64,000 bases of DNA from contig NIVC01003880.1 of the NCBI GenBank assembly GCA_002269645.1, forward strand, positions 54,571 through 118,570, read 5' to 3'. Each line of letters starts with the position of its first letter. Position 1 is the stretch's first letter. This stretch comes from Macrostomum lignano (taxonomy: Eukaryota). Of this stretch, positions 49,191 to 60,873 are shown piece by piece. The notes below the pieces were generated by a model. The model was not told the DNA's origin, ran no database searches, and saw only the letters and a program-made list of their open reading frames with translations. A program made the position numbers and the translations under genes.

Positions 49191-49610
49191 AAACTTAACC
49201 GGCGCCAGAAGGCTTACGAATCTATTCGGGACAGTCTCGACTCGTCCGAGCGCGAGCGCCACGAGCGTGTGCTGACCCGGGACTACACGTCCTCGGACGA
49301 AGAGGACTCCACCGGTCCGTCCGGCTCTCTGCGCGTCCGCCAACTCGCCTGGGAATCCGAGGAGCTGCGCCGGATGAAGCGCAGCCTGGACGAGGTCTAC
49401 CGGACTCGGCTGGCCGACGACAGACAGCGCGCTGAGATGGACCGGCTGCGGCGAGACGGCGACGGCGACGGGCAACTCGGCGCTGATGAAGAAGGCGGTG
49501 TTGGCGGCAGCGGCATCTTCAGCGCCCGCGGACCGCCGAGCGACTGTCCGGACTGGGCGTCGAGACCCGTGGCGGGCGGAGGAGACGCCAGCTCATTGCT
49601 GACTGACTGA
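49191..49610 (+). CDS. Terminal coding exon resembling the C-terminus of C14orf93-type uncharacterised proteins
   Basis: Acceptor ..CTGACCCAAGCAG (49190). KLNRRQKAYES..LTRDYTSSDEED..LRVRQLAWESEELRRMKRSLD..SARGPPSDCPDWA matches, from memory and not from a search, the S-D/E-E-E..W-R/E-S..L-D..S-x-R..P..W pattern of that family. Confidence 0.5.
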   Translation, partial: KLNRRQKAYESIRDSLDSSERERHERVLTRDYTSSDEEDSTGPSGSLRVRQLAWESEELRRMKRSLDEVYRTRLADDRQRAEMDRLRRDGDGDGQLGADEEGGVGGSGIFSARGPPSDCPDWASRPVAGGGDASSLLTD

Positions 49611-49639
49611 GGCTTCGCCAGCCCGTGCTGATTAGCATC

Positions 49640-50050
49640 TCCATTATCCCAATGTGTTCCCCTTTCCCATTATCCCAATGTGTTCCCCTTTCCCACTATC
49701 CCAATGTATTCCCCTTCCCATTATCCCAATCTGTTCCCCTTTCCCACTATCCCAATCTGTTCCCCTTTCCCATTATCCCAATTTGTTCCCTTTCCCATTA
49801 TCCCAATGTATTCCCCTTCCCATTATCCCAATCTGTTCCCCTTTCCCATTATCCCAATGTGTTCCCCTTTCCCACTATCCCAATCTGTTCCCCTTTCCCA
49901 TTATCCCAATTTGTTCCCTTTCCCACTATCCCAATGTGTTCCCCTTTCCCACTATCCCAATGTATTCCCTTTCCCATTATCCCAATCTGTTCCCCTTTCC
50001 CACTATCCCAATTTGTTCCCTTTCCCATTATCCCAATCTTTTCCCCTTTG
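49640..50050. repeat. About 26-bp minisatellite (TCCCAATGTGTTCCCCTTTCCCATTA)n
   Basis: Visible tandem units immediately 3' of the stop at 49610. Confidence 0.95.
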
Positions 50051-50759
50051 TCATTACCTATCCCATTGTCTCACGAATACCACGATCCTCTCACTTCCCT
50101 TGTATCCCATCAATACCAGTCTATTATTAATCCTAACTAGGATTTCTCAAATTGCCGTTTATTGAATGTCACCGAATCTCTGCAATGCCTATTGTTAATA
50201 ATCAGAAAGCACTGTCTGTCGCATGAGGCAATTTAAAATGCAACAATTCAATGTGTTTTTTTATAGCATTGTCTGTCTGTTTCTTTTGGCATTTGACTTT
50301 TTTAAGCCTACGTCGTGCGTACGTCGTACATCGACAAGTTCATATTTGTACTTTTGTATTCATCAACTCAGTTTTGTCACCAGGAGCTGTACTTCCTTAA
50401 ACTAAGCTGTTTGTATTTTAAATTTGTTTTAACCGTGTTTAATTTTGTCAATATTAATCGTAATTAATTAGTAATCATGGTTCATGCCTCCCACTGTTTG
50501 CGATGGAATCATTAAAATATAAACGTCCATCGACTGCATCCAGCGTGTTGTTATCAGCAATAGTCTCTTGCTTATGAATTTTATCAAAATATGAAGCGTT
50601 GGGATTTAATTCCATTCTTAATTAATCTCATCTATTACACGTTTCACTGCGATCCTAAGGCTAAGAGACCGCCATATGGGATGGTAGATACTGCATGAAT
50701 GACTGACTATATTCGCACATTCGGGTACCCTCAGTTGCCATGAACGTTTTTTAGCCAGA

Positions 50760-52976
50760 TGATGTAACCGCCCTTGTCGCCTGTCCGCTCCGTAGAGAGA
50801 CGAACGCATGGCTAGAGGGGGCAATGACCGTAGGCTGCCTATGACCGGGCAATGACCTGACGGACCTCCAGCACCAGACTGTCCCGCCCACATGATTAGT
50901 AGCTTTGGTAGCGCTTCGTGACCAGAGGGCCAAGGACCCACATGGACCCCACCTGTAGCCAAGGTGCAATAGTTGGTCACTCGGTCATGGTATGACCGAG
51001 TGGCTGCCACCACTCTATGTGACCTGGCGCACCTGGATCTTTCTACCAGACCTCTCGAGGCTAGAGCCCCGCCTGGATTGGTTACCAGGGGATTTAGGCT
51101 AACAGGGGAGACGCATGCAGCCGAGTACAGGGACTCTGCTTGGGGCATGATCGGGAACTCTGGGCTCAATCCTGGAGGATTTCTCAGCAGGGGATCCTTT
51201 GTGGCTGTGAGCGAGGCTGACTTGCGACTTTGATTACTAAGAGTAGTATGAGGCGAACATGTACTGTCTACAGTTTAGATTGCTCAGGGCGAAGGGACGC
51301 GTTAGCATGGGGTTGCAACCTTCCTACTGCCATTCTGTGCCAAGACTCGCTAATCCCTCTACTGCACGCACACGCGGCCCCGCAGCACGCACTCACAGGC
51401 GGGCTTTGCACGGGGAGAGGCCATTAGCTTACCCAAACTTCCTTATGCTTTGCCACCCCGGGAGAAAGGCTTAGCAAGCCATGAGTGAAATGATGGTGAA
51501 AGATTGAATAATGATGAAGTTAGTTAATAGTTAATAATTAGGCCCTTAGGCAAATAAGTAGGCAATTAGGCGGCTTCACTATTGAGTAAAATACAGCAAA
51601 AGATACGGTATCACAATTGGCTCAGCTCTCTAATCAGACAATGGAAAATAGGCAAACCCCGGATAAGCAAAGGCAATTAGAGCACAAATTAGTAGCAGGA
51701 ACTTACCGGCAGCTGCACAGAGAGAGAGAGAGACGGAGTGACCGAGGGCGGCTGTAGGCTGCAGTCAGGCAGACGGTGAAGCGGCGATGCGCTGGAGCGC
51801 CGAGGCGCTGATGTAGATCAGGCGATGCTGATGATGCTGGGCGGTATCAGACCGCTGGCCGATAGGCGAGCTCACTTGGGGAGCTAAGGATAACTTGGCG
51901 GTAACAGACCGCGGACCGGCAGGGATTCGTCTTATAGACGAATGGGTCAGAACTCAATCTGACAGCAAGTCCAAAGAAGGACGAGGAGAGGAACAGAGAT
52001 AAACTCAGTTGAGTATTCTCATGCCGAAATCGCTTCCTTTTATAGACCTCACAGCCGCCTCTCAAGGTCGTTACCATGGCTCCCTCTCTCTGATTGGCTG
52101 CCGGCAGAATGACGTCAGAATGAGTCATGATGAGAAGCATGAGACCGGCATAGCAACATGAGAAATCGGGAAATTGCGCAATCCGGAGGTGGGGTGGGGG
52201 GATAATTGGCGCAGCGGGTGGTCGCGAAAGTGTTGCGCAAGCAAACATTGAGAACAATAGGGCTGGGGTCGAGAACAAAGGAATTGGAAATCGGGGATAA
52301 TTGGGGAAAACTGAGAACAATGGAAAAGTAAACATTGGAGAAAAGGTGATAATTAGGTGCGAAAACGAGAACAAAAGAAAGAGAAAATCGGAGAAAATGT
52401 GATAATTGGTGGGGGTCGAGAGAACAAAAGAAGCAAAAACGAGAACAATAGAAGCGGAGGTGGGGTGGGTGTCACATGAGAAATTTGGGAAGGAGAACAA
52501 TAGCGTGAGAAAAGGTTGCGCAAGAGAGGGGGATGAGTCATCGATGAGTCACCGAGGGGGAGAAGGGGTCACACGACTTGCGTCACCGTTTGGGAGTTTG
52601 AGAGGGGATGGGGAGACGGTGAGCACACAAAGTACTGTAAGTAGACACAGGGAAAGAGGGGACAGCGCAGGAAAAGAGTGCAGAGGGAGACAAAAAAAGG
52701 GAGGAGGTAGAGAAAGTACAGGAAGAATAGGGCGGGAACAGAAGAGATAGGGTAGAGGGGGAGGTACAGAAAGGGGTAGGGGCTCCGGAAAGGCAGGTGT
52801 GGCGGCAGGAGAGACGGGACCAAGGCAGCAGGAGGGGTGCAGCAGAGCGGGAGTCTCCAGGCCCGGTCGGAGACCTGGCCGAGTCTCGACAGCTCTGTGC
52901 AGAGGGTGCACGGGATAGGAGGCACTTTCGAAAAAGTTCCCATGCCCTATCCCGCGACCAGAGCGTGGTTACATCA
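50760..52976 (-). repeat. 3' LTR
   Basis: Direct repeat of 60874-63088 with TG..CA ends; differs by a few SNPs and short indels. Confidence 0.95.
52037..52551 (-). promoter_or_regulatory. LTR U3 promoter: TATA, CCAAT, CRE, AP-1 and C/EBP-type sites (duplicated in the 5' LTR)
   Basis: TATAAAAG (minus strand, 52044-52037), CCAAT (52093-52097), TGACGTCA (52110-52117), TGAGTCA (52121, 52534, 52545), ATTGCGCAAT (52173-52182), TTGCGCAA (52233, 52516). Confidence 0.7.
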
Positions 52977-52992
52977 CACCCCCACTGCCTTT
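52977..52992 (-). other. Polypurine tract (PPT)
   Basis: Minus strand AAGGCAGTGGGGGTG directly precedes the 3' LTR. Confidence 0.6.
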
Positions 52993-53892
52993 TGTGACGG
53001 AACTGGTTCCGTCATCATCACTGCCCAACATGGAACCACACAGACGGGAGCGGGATCTCAACCGAACGTGAAATCACAGAATTAACAAACCGCGAGCGGG
53101 AATGGAAAAAGGCGATAAAATAGAGGGGATAGCAATAAATTCACAACACGAGATACATAGGTTGGAGTGCAATACAGAATTTCAAAAATTTCAACTGTTG
53201 CTGTGGCTAAAGTGGGAGGGGGGGAAACACAGACAGCGCAATAGTAGGGAGAAAAATATCGAATTGTCAACAATAAATTATCATAATTGAATAGAAGCGC
53301 AGCTGGGGGAGAGAGGAAACGGGGGAGGGTGAGGGAAGTGGGGAAAAAGAAGGGGGGAGGGGTTGCTAGCACACAGCCAAGGGCAGAGCCTCGGGGAGAA
53401 TGACAATTACACAGGGGAAAAATACTAATGCAGCGCAGTAAATTAATAAGCTAATTTCGCCGGGAGTTCAACCGCACGGAGGCCTAGCGTCCTTGAAGGC
53501 TCGGACCCCGCTTCAGCCAGTCAGAGGGCTTCGGGGCGATCGGTTGTAGGCTGGGAGGCGCCGCGCCGTGCGCTGGCCACTGTATAAAAGGCGCCACTGA
53601 TAACGGGAGCCGGCTGCCTGCAACCTACACGGAGTCGCAGTTTCCAACCAAGGCACTCAGCGCGATTTTCCAAACTATACAACTACTCGGTAAGTCCCAT
53701 CACCAACCTGATTTCTTTTCACCTGTACATTATGCGAGATCCACCCATTCGCCATGCCTTTCATGTCAAACTGAGCCAATTGCAGTAGTAAAATATATCT
53801 TGTCATACGGTACAGTGCCTAAGGTGAAGTCATCGTCCTAATAATGATTCTAATCTCCACGGGGCCAGGGGCTGACCCGCAAGAGTGGCACC

Positions 53893-56410
53893 TCAGGGAG
53901 GATCCCAGTCAAGTGACCCACTGATGCTGCTGTTCCAGCAGTCCTCTGGGTCCGATGGAGGGCCCCAGTCGTAGTCGGAGTCATCTGCCTCCTGGGTCGA
54001 ATCCAGCCGCCGCACCTCGTAACCCCAACGTTCTGGGCGCCTCAGGGCAGCCCGAGGGCGCAACACGGGGCCCAACGGTGGCTCATCCAGCGGTTCCTCG
54101 TTGGCTTCGAGCTCTCCCGCTGCGGGGGGCGTGGGCAGTTCGGGGGCTGGCGGGCCCTGCTCTACTGGTTCCTGATCGGCGGCGGGCTCTGGGACGTCAA
54201 CTGGTTGGGTTGGATGGTTTGCCGGCGGCAATGCTACTTCGGCGGGAACCGTCACCGGAGGGAGCCGGTTTCGCAGAGGCCATCTGACATACATTTCCTC
54301 TTCTTCCTCCGAATCGGAGTCGGGGAACCACTGCGGTGCTTCCGGGGCTCGAGGCGCTGGGCGAACTGGTGGTCGGCCCGGTCCGGCAGGAGACTTGCGG
54401 GCAGCTGCCTGAGGCACCTCGGGCTGATATTGGGCCGGCGCGGGACGGAGCGTATCGCGATGGGTCCGGTATACCGCGGGCCTGCCTGGCTGGGGGTGCA
54501 CCGGGGCGATGTCGAACACGGCCTGGGACGGCTGGGCCACCACCTTCCAGGGGCCGGTGAACGCCTTGTGAAACTTAGGAATCTCCCATTCTTCCAGATG
54601 AGGGTTGGCCAAGAACACAATGTCACCGATGTCCAGGCTGCGGCACTTCTGCGGTCGGCGCGCTTGGTGTTGAACTCGGGTCTCGAACTTTTCCTCGATA
54701 TCTGCGCGCGCCTGATCGAGATACGCCGCCAGACGGGCCGCGTAGGCAGCATGCCCGGGAGCGGCCTCAGCTGGCTCGAGAGCGACGTCCAAGGGCAGTC
54801 GAGCCTCTTGCCCGTACGTTAAGCTGAACGCGGAATACCCCGTCATGCGGTTCAGGCTGGAACGCATCGCCAGGAGGCATGCCGGCAGCTTCTCATCCCA
54901 CAAGTCGTGGTCCTGTTCCAGCTGCGCCGTCAACAGGGCCCGGATCGTGCGGTGCTGGACTTCGGCCTTCCCATTGCATTGAGGATGGTATGGCGTCGTG
55001 CGGGTTTTGCGGATACCCAGAGAGTCACAAAAGCGCTGGAAGTCCCGGGACTCAAAGCGCTGTCCCTGATCCGTGTGTATCCAGTCAGGTACTCCGAACC
55101 TCGGTATGTATTCCTGCACCAGCAGACGGATGACGGTCTTCGATGTCTGGTCCCGGGTAGGGTAAGCTTCGACCCAGCCGGTGTAGCTGTCCGTCACCGT
55201 GAGGATACTGGTGTTCCCCTTCCTTGACTTCTGGCCTCGACCCAGGGGCCCCACAAAATCCAAGTGAATGCGAGAGAACTTCTCGCTAAGTTCAAGAGAT
55301 TGCGGCGAAGCTTTGGCCCGCTTGTGCGGCTTGGACCGCAAACAGCACTCGCAGGCCGCACACATCTCGGCGATCCGTCGGTGCAGGCCGGGGCGCCAGA
55401 ACCGTTGGCGAAAGCGCTCGTCCACTTTCCTTCGCCCAAAGTGCCCGGCCAGAGGATCGTCGTGCAGCAACCGGAACACCTTCTGGTCCAAGCTTTCGGG
55501 CAACACGATTTTCTTCTTGGCCGCGACCCCCTCCACATCAATCCTTAGTACGCCCTCGTCCACACTGAGCAAGCCCCAAAAAGGGGCCACCCGGCGCACC
55601 AAGGGTGGGCACAATTCCGTCCCAGCTGGCGGGGCTTTCTCTGCACCTTCTCCTAGTCGTCGCATGATCCAGGCCAAGGCAGGGTCCTTCCTTTGCGCTT
55701 CCATGAGCTCCGCCTTGCTGAGGAGGTCCCGCTGTTCCAGCAGACGCCTCTTTGTCTCCACTCGGAAAGTTCGCAAGTCCTCGTCCAGCTCCCCTGGTGG
55801 TCGGGCGTCCTCTGGCGGTCGGCAGATGGGACAGTCCCCATGCTGGTGTGCAGGCCGGCGACTGAGCGCGTCGGCGTTGGTGTGTAGCCGCCCAGGGCGG
55901 TATTCCACTTCGAAATCGTACTCAGCGAGGTGAGTAAACCAGCGAGCGATCAATCCGGTCGGCTCCTTGAAATTTCTTAGCCACGTCAGAGAGCGGTGGT
56001 CAGTGCGGACGATGAAGCGGCGACCTAGCAGGTAATACCGGAATTGTCGCGTAAAGAACACTAGGCTGAGCATCTCCAGTTTGGTGACACAGTGGTTACG
56101 CTCACTAGACACCAGACTTCGGCTCCCGTAGGCGATGACCCGCTCACTTCCGTCCGCTTGCCTCTGGCTGAGGACTGCACCCAGGGCATTCAAGCTCGCG
56201 TCGCAGTCGAGCACGAAGATGCCCGCCTGAGGCCCGAAATCTGGGTGGTGCAGCACCGGGGCGGTAACCAAGGCGCGCTTTAACTTCTCGAATGCTTGTT
56301 CCTGCTCGGGCCCCCAGCGACCCGGGATGTCCTTCGTCCCTTTCTTAGTCAGGGCGTGCAGTGGTGCGGCCACCTCACTGTAGTCGGGAATAAACTGCCG
56401 ATAATATCCG
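53893..56410 (-). CDS. pol: Gypsy pol, 3' part: RT connection, RNase H, integrase (HHCC + DDE), low-complexity tail
   Basis: FVLDCDASLNALGAVLSQ (RNase H), HDDPLAGHFG..CAACECC, IHLDFVGP, HTDQGQRF, YHPQCNGKAE. The frame extends upstream of the listed ORF to the frameshift near 56413. Confidence 0.95.
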
Positions 56411-58286
56411 GCCTTCCCAAGAATTGGCGGACCTCCGTGACGCTCTGGGGCCGCGGCCAGGTGTCAATGGCACACGTCTTGTGCGGGCAGGGTGCGACGC
56501 CCTCTCTCGAGACCACATATCCTAGAAAGGTGACCTCGGATTTGGCGAAAGCACACTTGGACGGCTTCAGCCGCAGGTTTGCTGTTCTTAATTTGTTAAA
56601 GACAAGTTGCAGGTGATTCAGGTGGGTGCTAAAATCGCGAGAATGCACGATGACATCGTCAATGTAGGCCATTGCGATTGCGGGTTGGAGCTCGGCCAAC
56701 ACCAGGTTCATCAGCCGAGAGAAGGTACTTGGGGCGCCCTTCAGTCCGAACGGCATTACGTTCCATTCAAACAGCCCCATATTGGGCACAGCGAATGCAG
56801 TGTAGGGGCGGCATTCCGGCTGGATGGGCACTTGGTGGTAACCGCTCCGCAGATCGAGGGACGTGAAGTACGCCGACCCGCCCAGCGAAGCCAGCAGCTC
56901 ATCGATTCGAGGCAGAGGGGTTACCTCGGCCACGCTGCGCTCGTTGACCTCCCGGAAATCGATGCACACTCGTAACGATCCATCGCTTTTGGGGACCAAG
57001 ACCAACGCGGAGGAGTAAGGACTCTTGGAGACCTTTACCTTGCCGGTCTCCAGCCAGCCCTGCACCTGGTGCCGCACTTCTTCCTGGTAGGCCTGAGGGA
57101 GGCGTCTTGGATGCATCTTGACGGGCCTCGAGTCCGTCAACTTGATTTCGTGTGTGACGACGTCGGTGACCCGCAGGTCGTTCTCCTCCTCGGCGAAGAC
57201 ATCGGTGTTGTCGTTGAGTAGGCGTAATAGCCGTTGCCGCTCCTGGGGAGAGAGTTGACTGCCCATCTCCAGGTCTTTCATCCAGTCCGGCGGCTTCCTG
57301 GCAGCTGTTGAATCCTTTGGAGTGGCTGTGGGGCCGGGCCCGGTGTTGCCCATTGGCGTAATCCGGTTGACCAGGGCCACTTCCTTTAAGGCGCTCGCCT
57401 GCGCTACTACCGTGCCAGCGGGCAGCTGTACCGGTTCTTCGGACCAGTTGATGAGGCGAACTCGGACCCACCCGTCTACGGCTTGGTCCAACGAGCGACT
57501 GACCGCGATCTCCGGGAAGGCTTCCATGTCGACTCCCTCCACCAGACAGTCGCCTTCCCAAGGTCGCCCTCGCACTCTGACGGTAGTCTCCGACCACGGT
57601 GTTAGTTCCATATCGCCTCCCGTCGCCACCCACCAAGCCTTCGGAGGAGACGGCGGCGGTGGCGAAGGTAGAGACGGTGTTGGCTGGTCGGGTTCGGTTT
57701 CTTCTGGCTGGGCCGGCGAGTCGGTGTCGAAGGCCTCCGCCAACTGTACGGCTTCGCTCAGCTCCTGGTGACGAGTCACGAGAGCGGTCACATCGGGGAA
57801 CTGTCGTTGCGCCAGGAGCTGAATTCGCACATCTCGCGGCATCCGGGCCTTGGACATATAGGCAAGTTGCGCTTCCAGATCAATCTCGTCCGGCGGCCGG
57901 CCACGCATGGTCCACTGGAGGGTGCGGAGCAGGCGGGTCGCGAAGCGGAAGTCACTCTCCTCGGGCTCCTGCTCCAGCGTCTGGTTGAAGCAGTGTCGGG
58001 CCATGGGGCTCCACACACTTACGCAACGTTCCACCAGCATGTCACGCAGCTGAGAATAGGTGCCAAGCCGCCTCGCCTGGCCGACGACGATATCTTGCTG
58101 TTCGCCTTGTAGGTGGCTGATTAGGGTGAGGATTCTATCGGCATCGGTGCTGATGTCCTCCACTTTGAACTTGAATTCGAGCCGCCCCACCCACAGGAAG
58201 ATGTTGTCCCGTGACTCATTGAATGGGTCGAGATGAAACTGGGGCGTACCTTCGGTTCTAGGACGATGACTGAAGAAGGTTGACAA
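56410..58286 (-). CDS. gag-pol: Gypsy gag-pol, 5' part: gag core, linker/dUTPase-like segment, reverse transcriptase
   Basis: Gag-like IFLWVGRLEFKF..LISHL; RT motifs LRVCIDFREVN, LDLRSGYHQV, YIDDVIV. A 1-nt deletion near 56413 breaks FLG-x-AGYYRQFIPDY. Confidence 0.9.
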
Positions 58287-58521
58287 ACGGGAGGAGCCGC
58301 AACGGCGACATGCCCCCTGATTCTGGGTTAGGAGCGGCAGCTCCTATGTCAGGCTCATCAGTAACTACTGCATCTGGAGGCTGGTTGGCCTGATTACCAG
58401 CGGCTGCGGCCATTGCGGCTGCGGGGGCGGCAACTGCTGGGGTGTCAGCGGCCGAGGGTGGTTGACCAGGGGCGTCTGCGCACACAGCTTCTACGACCCT
58501 ATCTCCACGCGCCCGTGACAT
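58258..58521 (-). CDS. Probable gag N-terminus (Ala/Pro-rich), out of frame with the gag core
   Basis: ATG at 58521 lies 30 nt after a strong acceptor; the ORF overlaps the next ORF in another frame. Confidence 0.5.
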   Translation of the reverse strand: MSRARGDRVVEAVCADAPGQPPSAADTPAVAAPAAAMAAAAGNQANQPPDAVVTDEPDIGAAAPNPESGGMSPLRLLPFVNLLQSSS

Positions 58522-60852
58522 GTGAAAGCCGGATAGCTGGGGGAGTACCCACTACCGGGAAGGAAAAGAAAAGAAAACCGGGGCAACTACAGGTAAAGAC
58601 CGAAAAGTTGATCCGAAACACACAAACACAGACAAAACTCACACACTTGCGGCGTCGAAGAAAACAAATTGAAAAACGGGTGGCTCCACATAATTCCATT
58701 TAGGCAGTCCTAACGGCTTCACTCGGCAAAGCACACTGACTCAAACTGCGGCTACCACTACCAGTTGTCTATGGCACATCCTGACAGGGAAAAATTGGCT
58801 ATTCAGAGAGACTTGACCTTCATTTTGCGGCCATGCTAGGGAACCCAAATGCCGACCGTAAACGGACTTACGGCACCTGTACAAATTCTCCCCTAGGGTT
58901 GCGCGCCGGACCCCATTTCCTTAAGAAAGCTACTACGAAGAAGCGTTGGCGCCTGGACCCAAAAACCCAAGTGGCGGGAGCAATCCCCATGGAGGTCCTC
59001 CCACTTTACTGCCCTTGCACAGCCGGAAAACCGTCGGAGTCCAGTGGGGCTTCCACCTCAGGACTACCAATCTTGTACACGCAGCTTCACAAAAGGCGGG
59101 AATCCAGCTCCCCTACGTCTAGCAGAATCCACAAAAACCAAGACCTCCCCCTTCTGTTCAGAGCGAAGGCGCGCAGCGGGAGTCCAGACTAAACTGTCCC
59201 CGAAGTTTTCAGGTTAGGCGGATTACAAGCCTGAAACTCTCGCCCGCTTTCCTAGGATAAACAGACCTAAGTGAGTATCTTCCTGAAATGCTTGCCCCTC
59301 CGATACTCCACCTTTGCTGCAGCTCGAAATAGCATACTTGGGACCTTTATCTGATGGCGGAGAAAGTCCTACAGTTGTCAGCCTCTCCACTTTACTGTAC
59401 TTGAACGCCCGGTTCTACCAGGAGACAGCGGTACCTCCATCTAGGTTATTCCAAGTTGCCAGAGACGTCAACCCGTCTTATTGACCTTGCGGGGCACTGG
59501 GGTGGCACTCTATGTACCGGGGCTTTACATTAGGGGACTGCATGCAACCCTGCGTCTAAGCGCTTAGTGGGCTGCAGTGGCCAGAGGGGAAAAGAGTTGC
59601 GCAATAGCGCCTTCCTGGGCCAGGCTGACAAGTCGGGCAGGAGCGCCGTTCTACCGGGTCGGGCTGATTGGCACACCCACCTCCCCTATCAGACTGACAG
59701 CAGGGGGGAGGAATTACTAAAGGAGGAGAATGCAGCAGGAAACATTACGAGATCACTGGGGGCCACCAGACTTCCAGTACACCATTCCAATACTCACTGA
59801 ACTCCACTATCAATAGGATACTATGGGATCTACTATTTCCAGCCACTGCACCAGCCCAAATGCAACCAAAGCAGTTACTACCGGGTCTGCAATACAGTGG
59901 GGAGAGTCAGCAGACACGTTGGGATCGAATCCCAGCCATGAAGGCACCAGGGGTTACCGCAGAATTCAGGTCCGGGCTGATCGCAGGTATTCCATAGGAG
60001 GTGACACTTTTTTTAGCCCGAGATTTTTGAGTCACACTGATACCCTACAGAGATACAATCACACCGCTATTCCCATTCCTGCGAGACTTTGGTATCCCCC
60101 AATGTTTCCAAGGCCATGACTACTGCTTCCCTTACTATGCATATATAGCGAGTTCCCCATAGCCCTTGATAGCTGTTCATTCTAATGGACAAACAAAACA
60201 CGCTCCGGTCTCTACGCATTTCTAGGATTAACTGAGCGATCAGGGAGAGCGACTGTTACACTCCCCGAGTAAAAGAAAGAGGTAGGACAAAGGAAAGAAA
60301 TGCTTCGCTTCCAGCTTCCCTGTGCTTGCGTGATGAGGCTTCCGTACCTGGCTGGCTGTCCACCTCAACACTCACACAGTTCTGCTGTAGGCTAGGCGAG
60401 AGAAAGAAAGGGAGGGGAAATAAAGCATATTACCATGAAATAGAAAGTGAGTCCGGAAAATTCACTTTCGCAGTTCTTCACACACTCCGTTACCAGGTAG
60501 CTATTCTGATTGTAATCAAATCCGCTCGTCTACCACTTCACACTTTCTAGCGCTGAAACTGATCGGCTAAATTAATTTTAAATTGAATCAGGGGCTTTTG
60601 GCGAATGAATGAATTTGGAAATTTCGAATGAATTGAACGAATTCGCAGCCCGAAAAATTTGAAAAGTTACATTAATATTTTTGGATTTTGTTGCCTCACG
60701 CCATGGGAGAAGAGAATGACGATTGGCGATTTTTACGATTGGTAGATTTAGACATGGCACTCTTTGCGCTTCGGCCACCATTCTGAGGGATGCCACAGGT
60801 GCGCTTGTCACATCTAAACCACCAGTCCGAAACTCAGCGCTGTTTGCACCAG

Positions 60853-60870
60853 ATCCCACCGCTGCCACCA
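60853..60870 (-). other. Primer binding site complementary to the tRNA-Leu 3' end
   Basis: TGGTGGCAGCGGTGGGAT 3 nt from the 5' LTR; its complement ATCCCACCGCTGCCACCA is the 3' end of metazoan tRNA-Leu(AAG/TAG). Confidence 0.9.
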
Positions 60871-60873
60871 TTT

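Noticed and set aside
50618-53085. ORFs of 60-217 aa in the LTRs (repeated at 60814-63221)
   Set aside because: Low complexity or overlapping on both strands, and several differ in frame between the two LTR copies.
53893-54320. Chromodomain or env after integrase
   Set aside because: The tail is Pro/Glu low complexity with no aromatic-cage motif, signal peptide or TM helix.
53955-58112. + strand ORFs of 100-220 aa opposite gag-pol
   Set aside because: Expected antisense shadows of GC-rich coding DNA.
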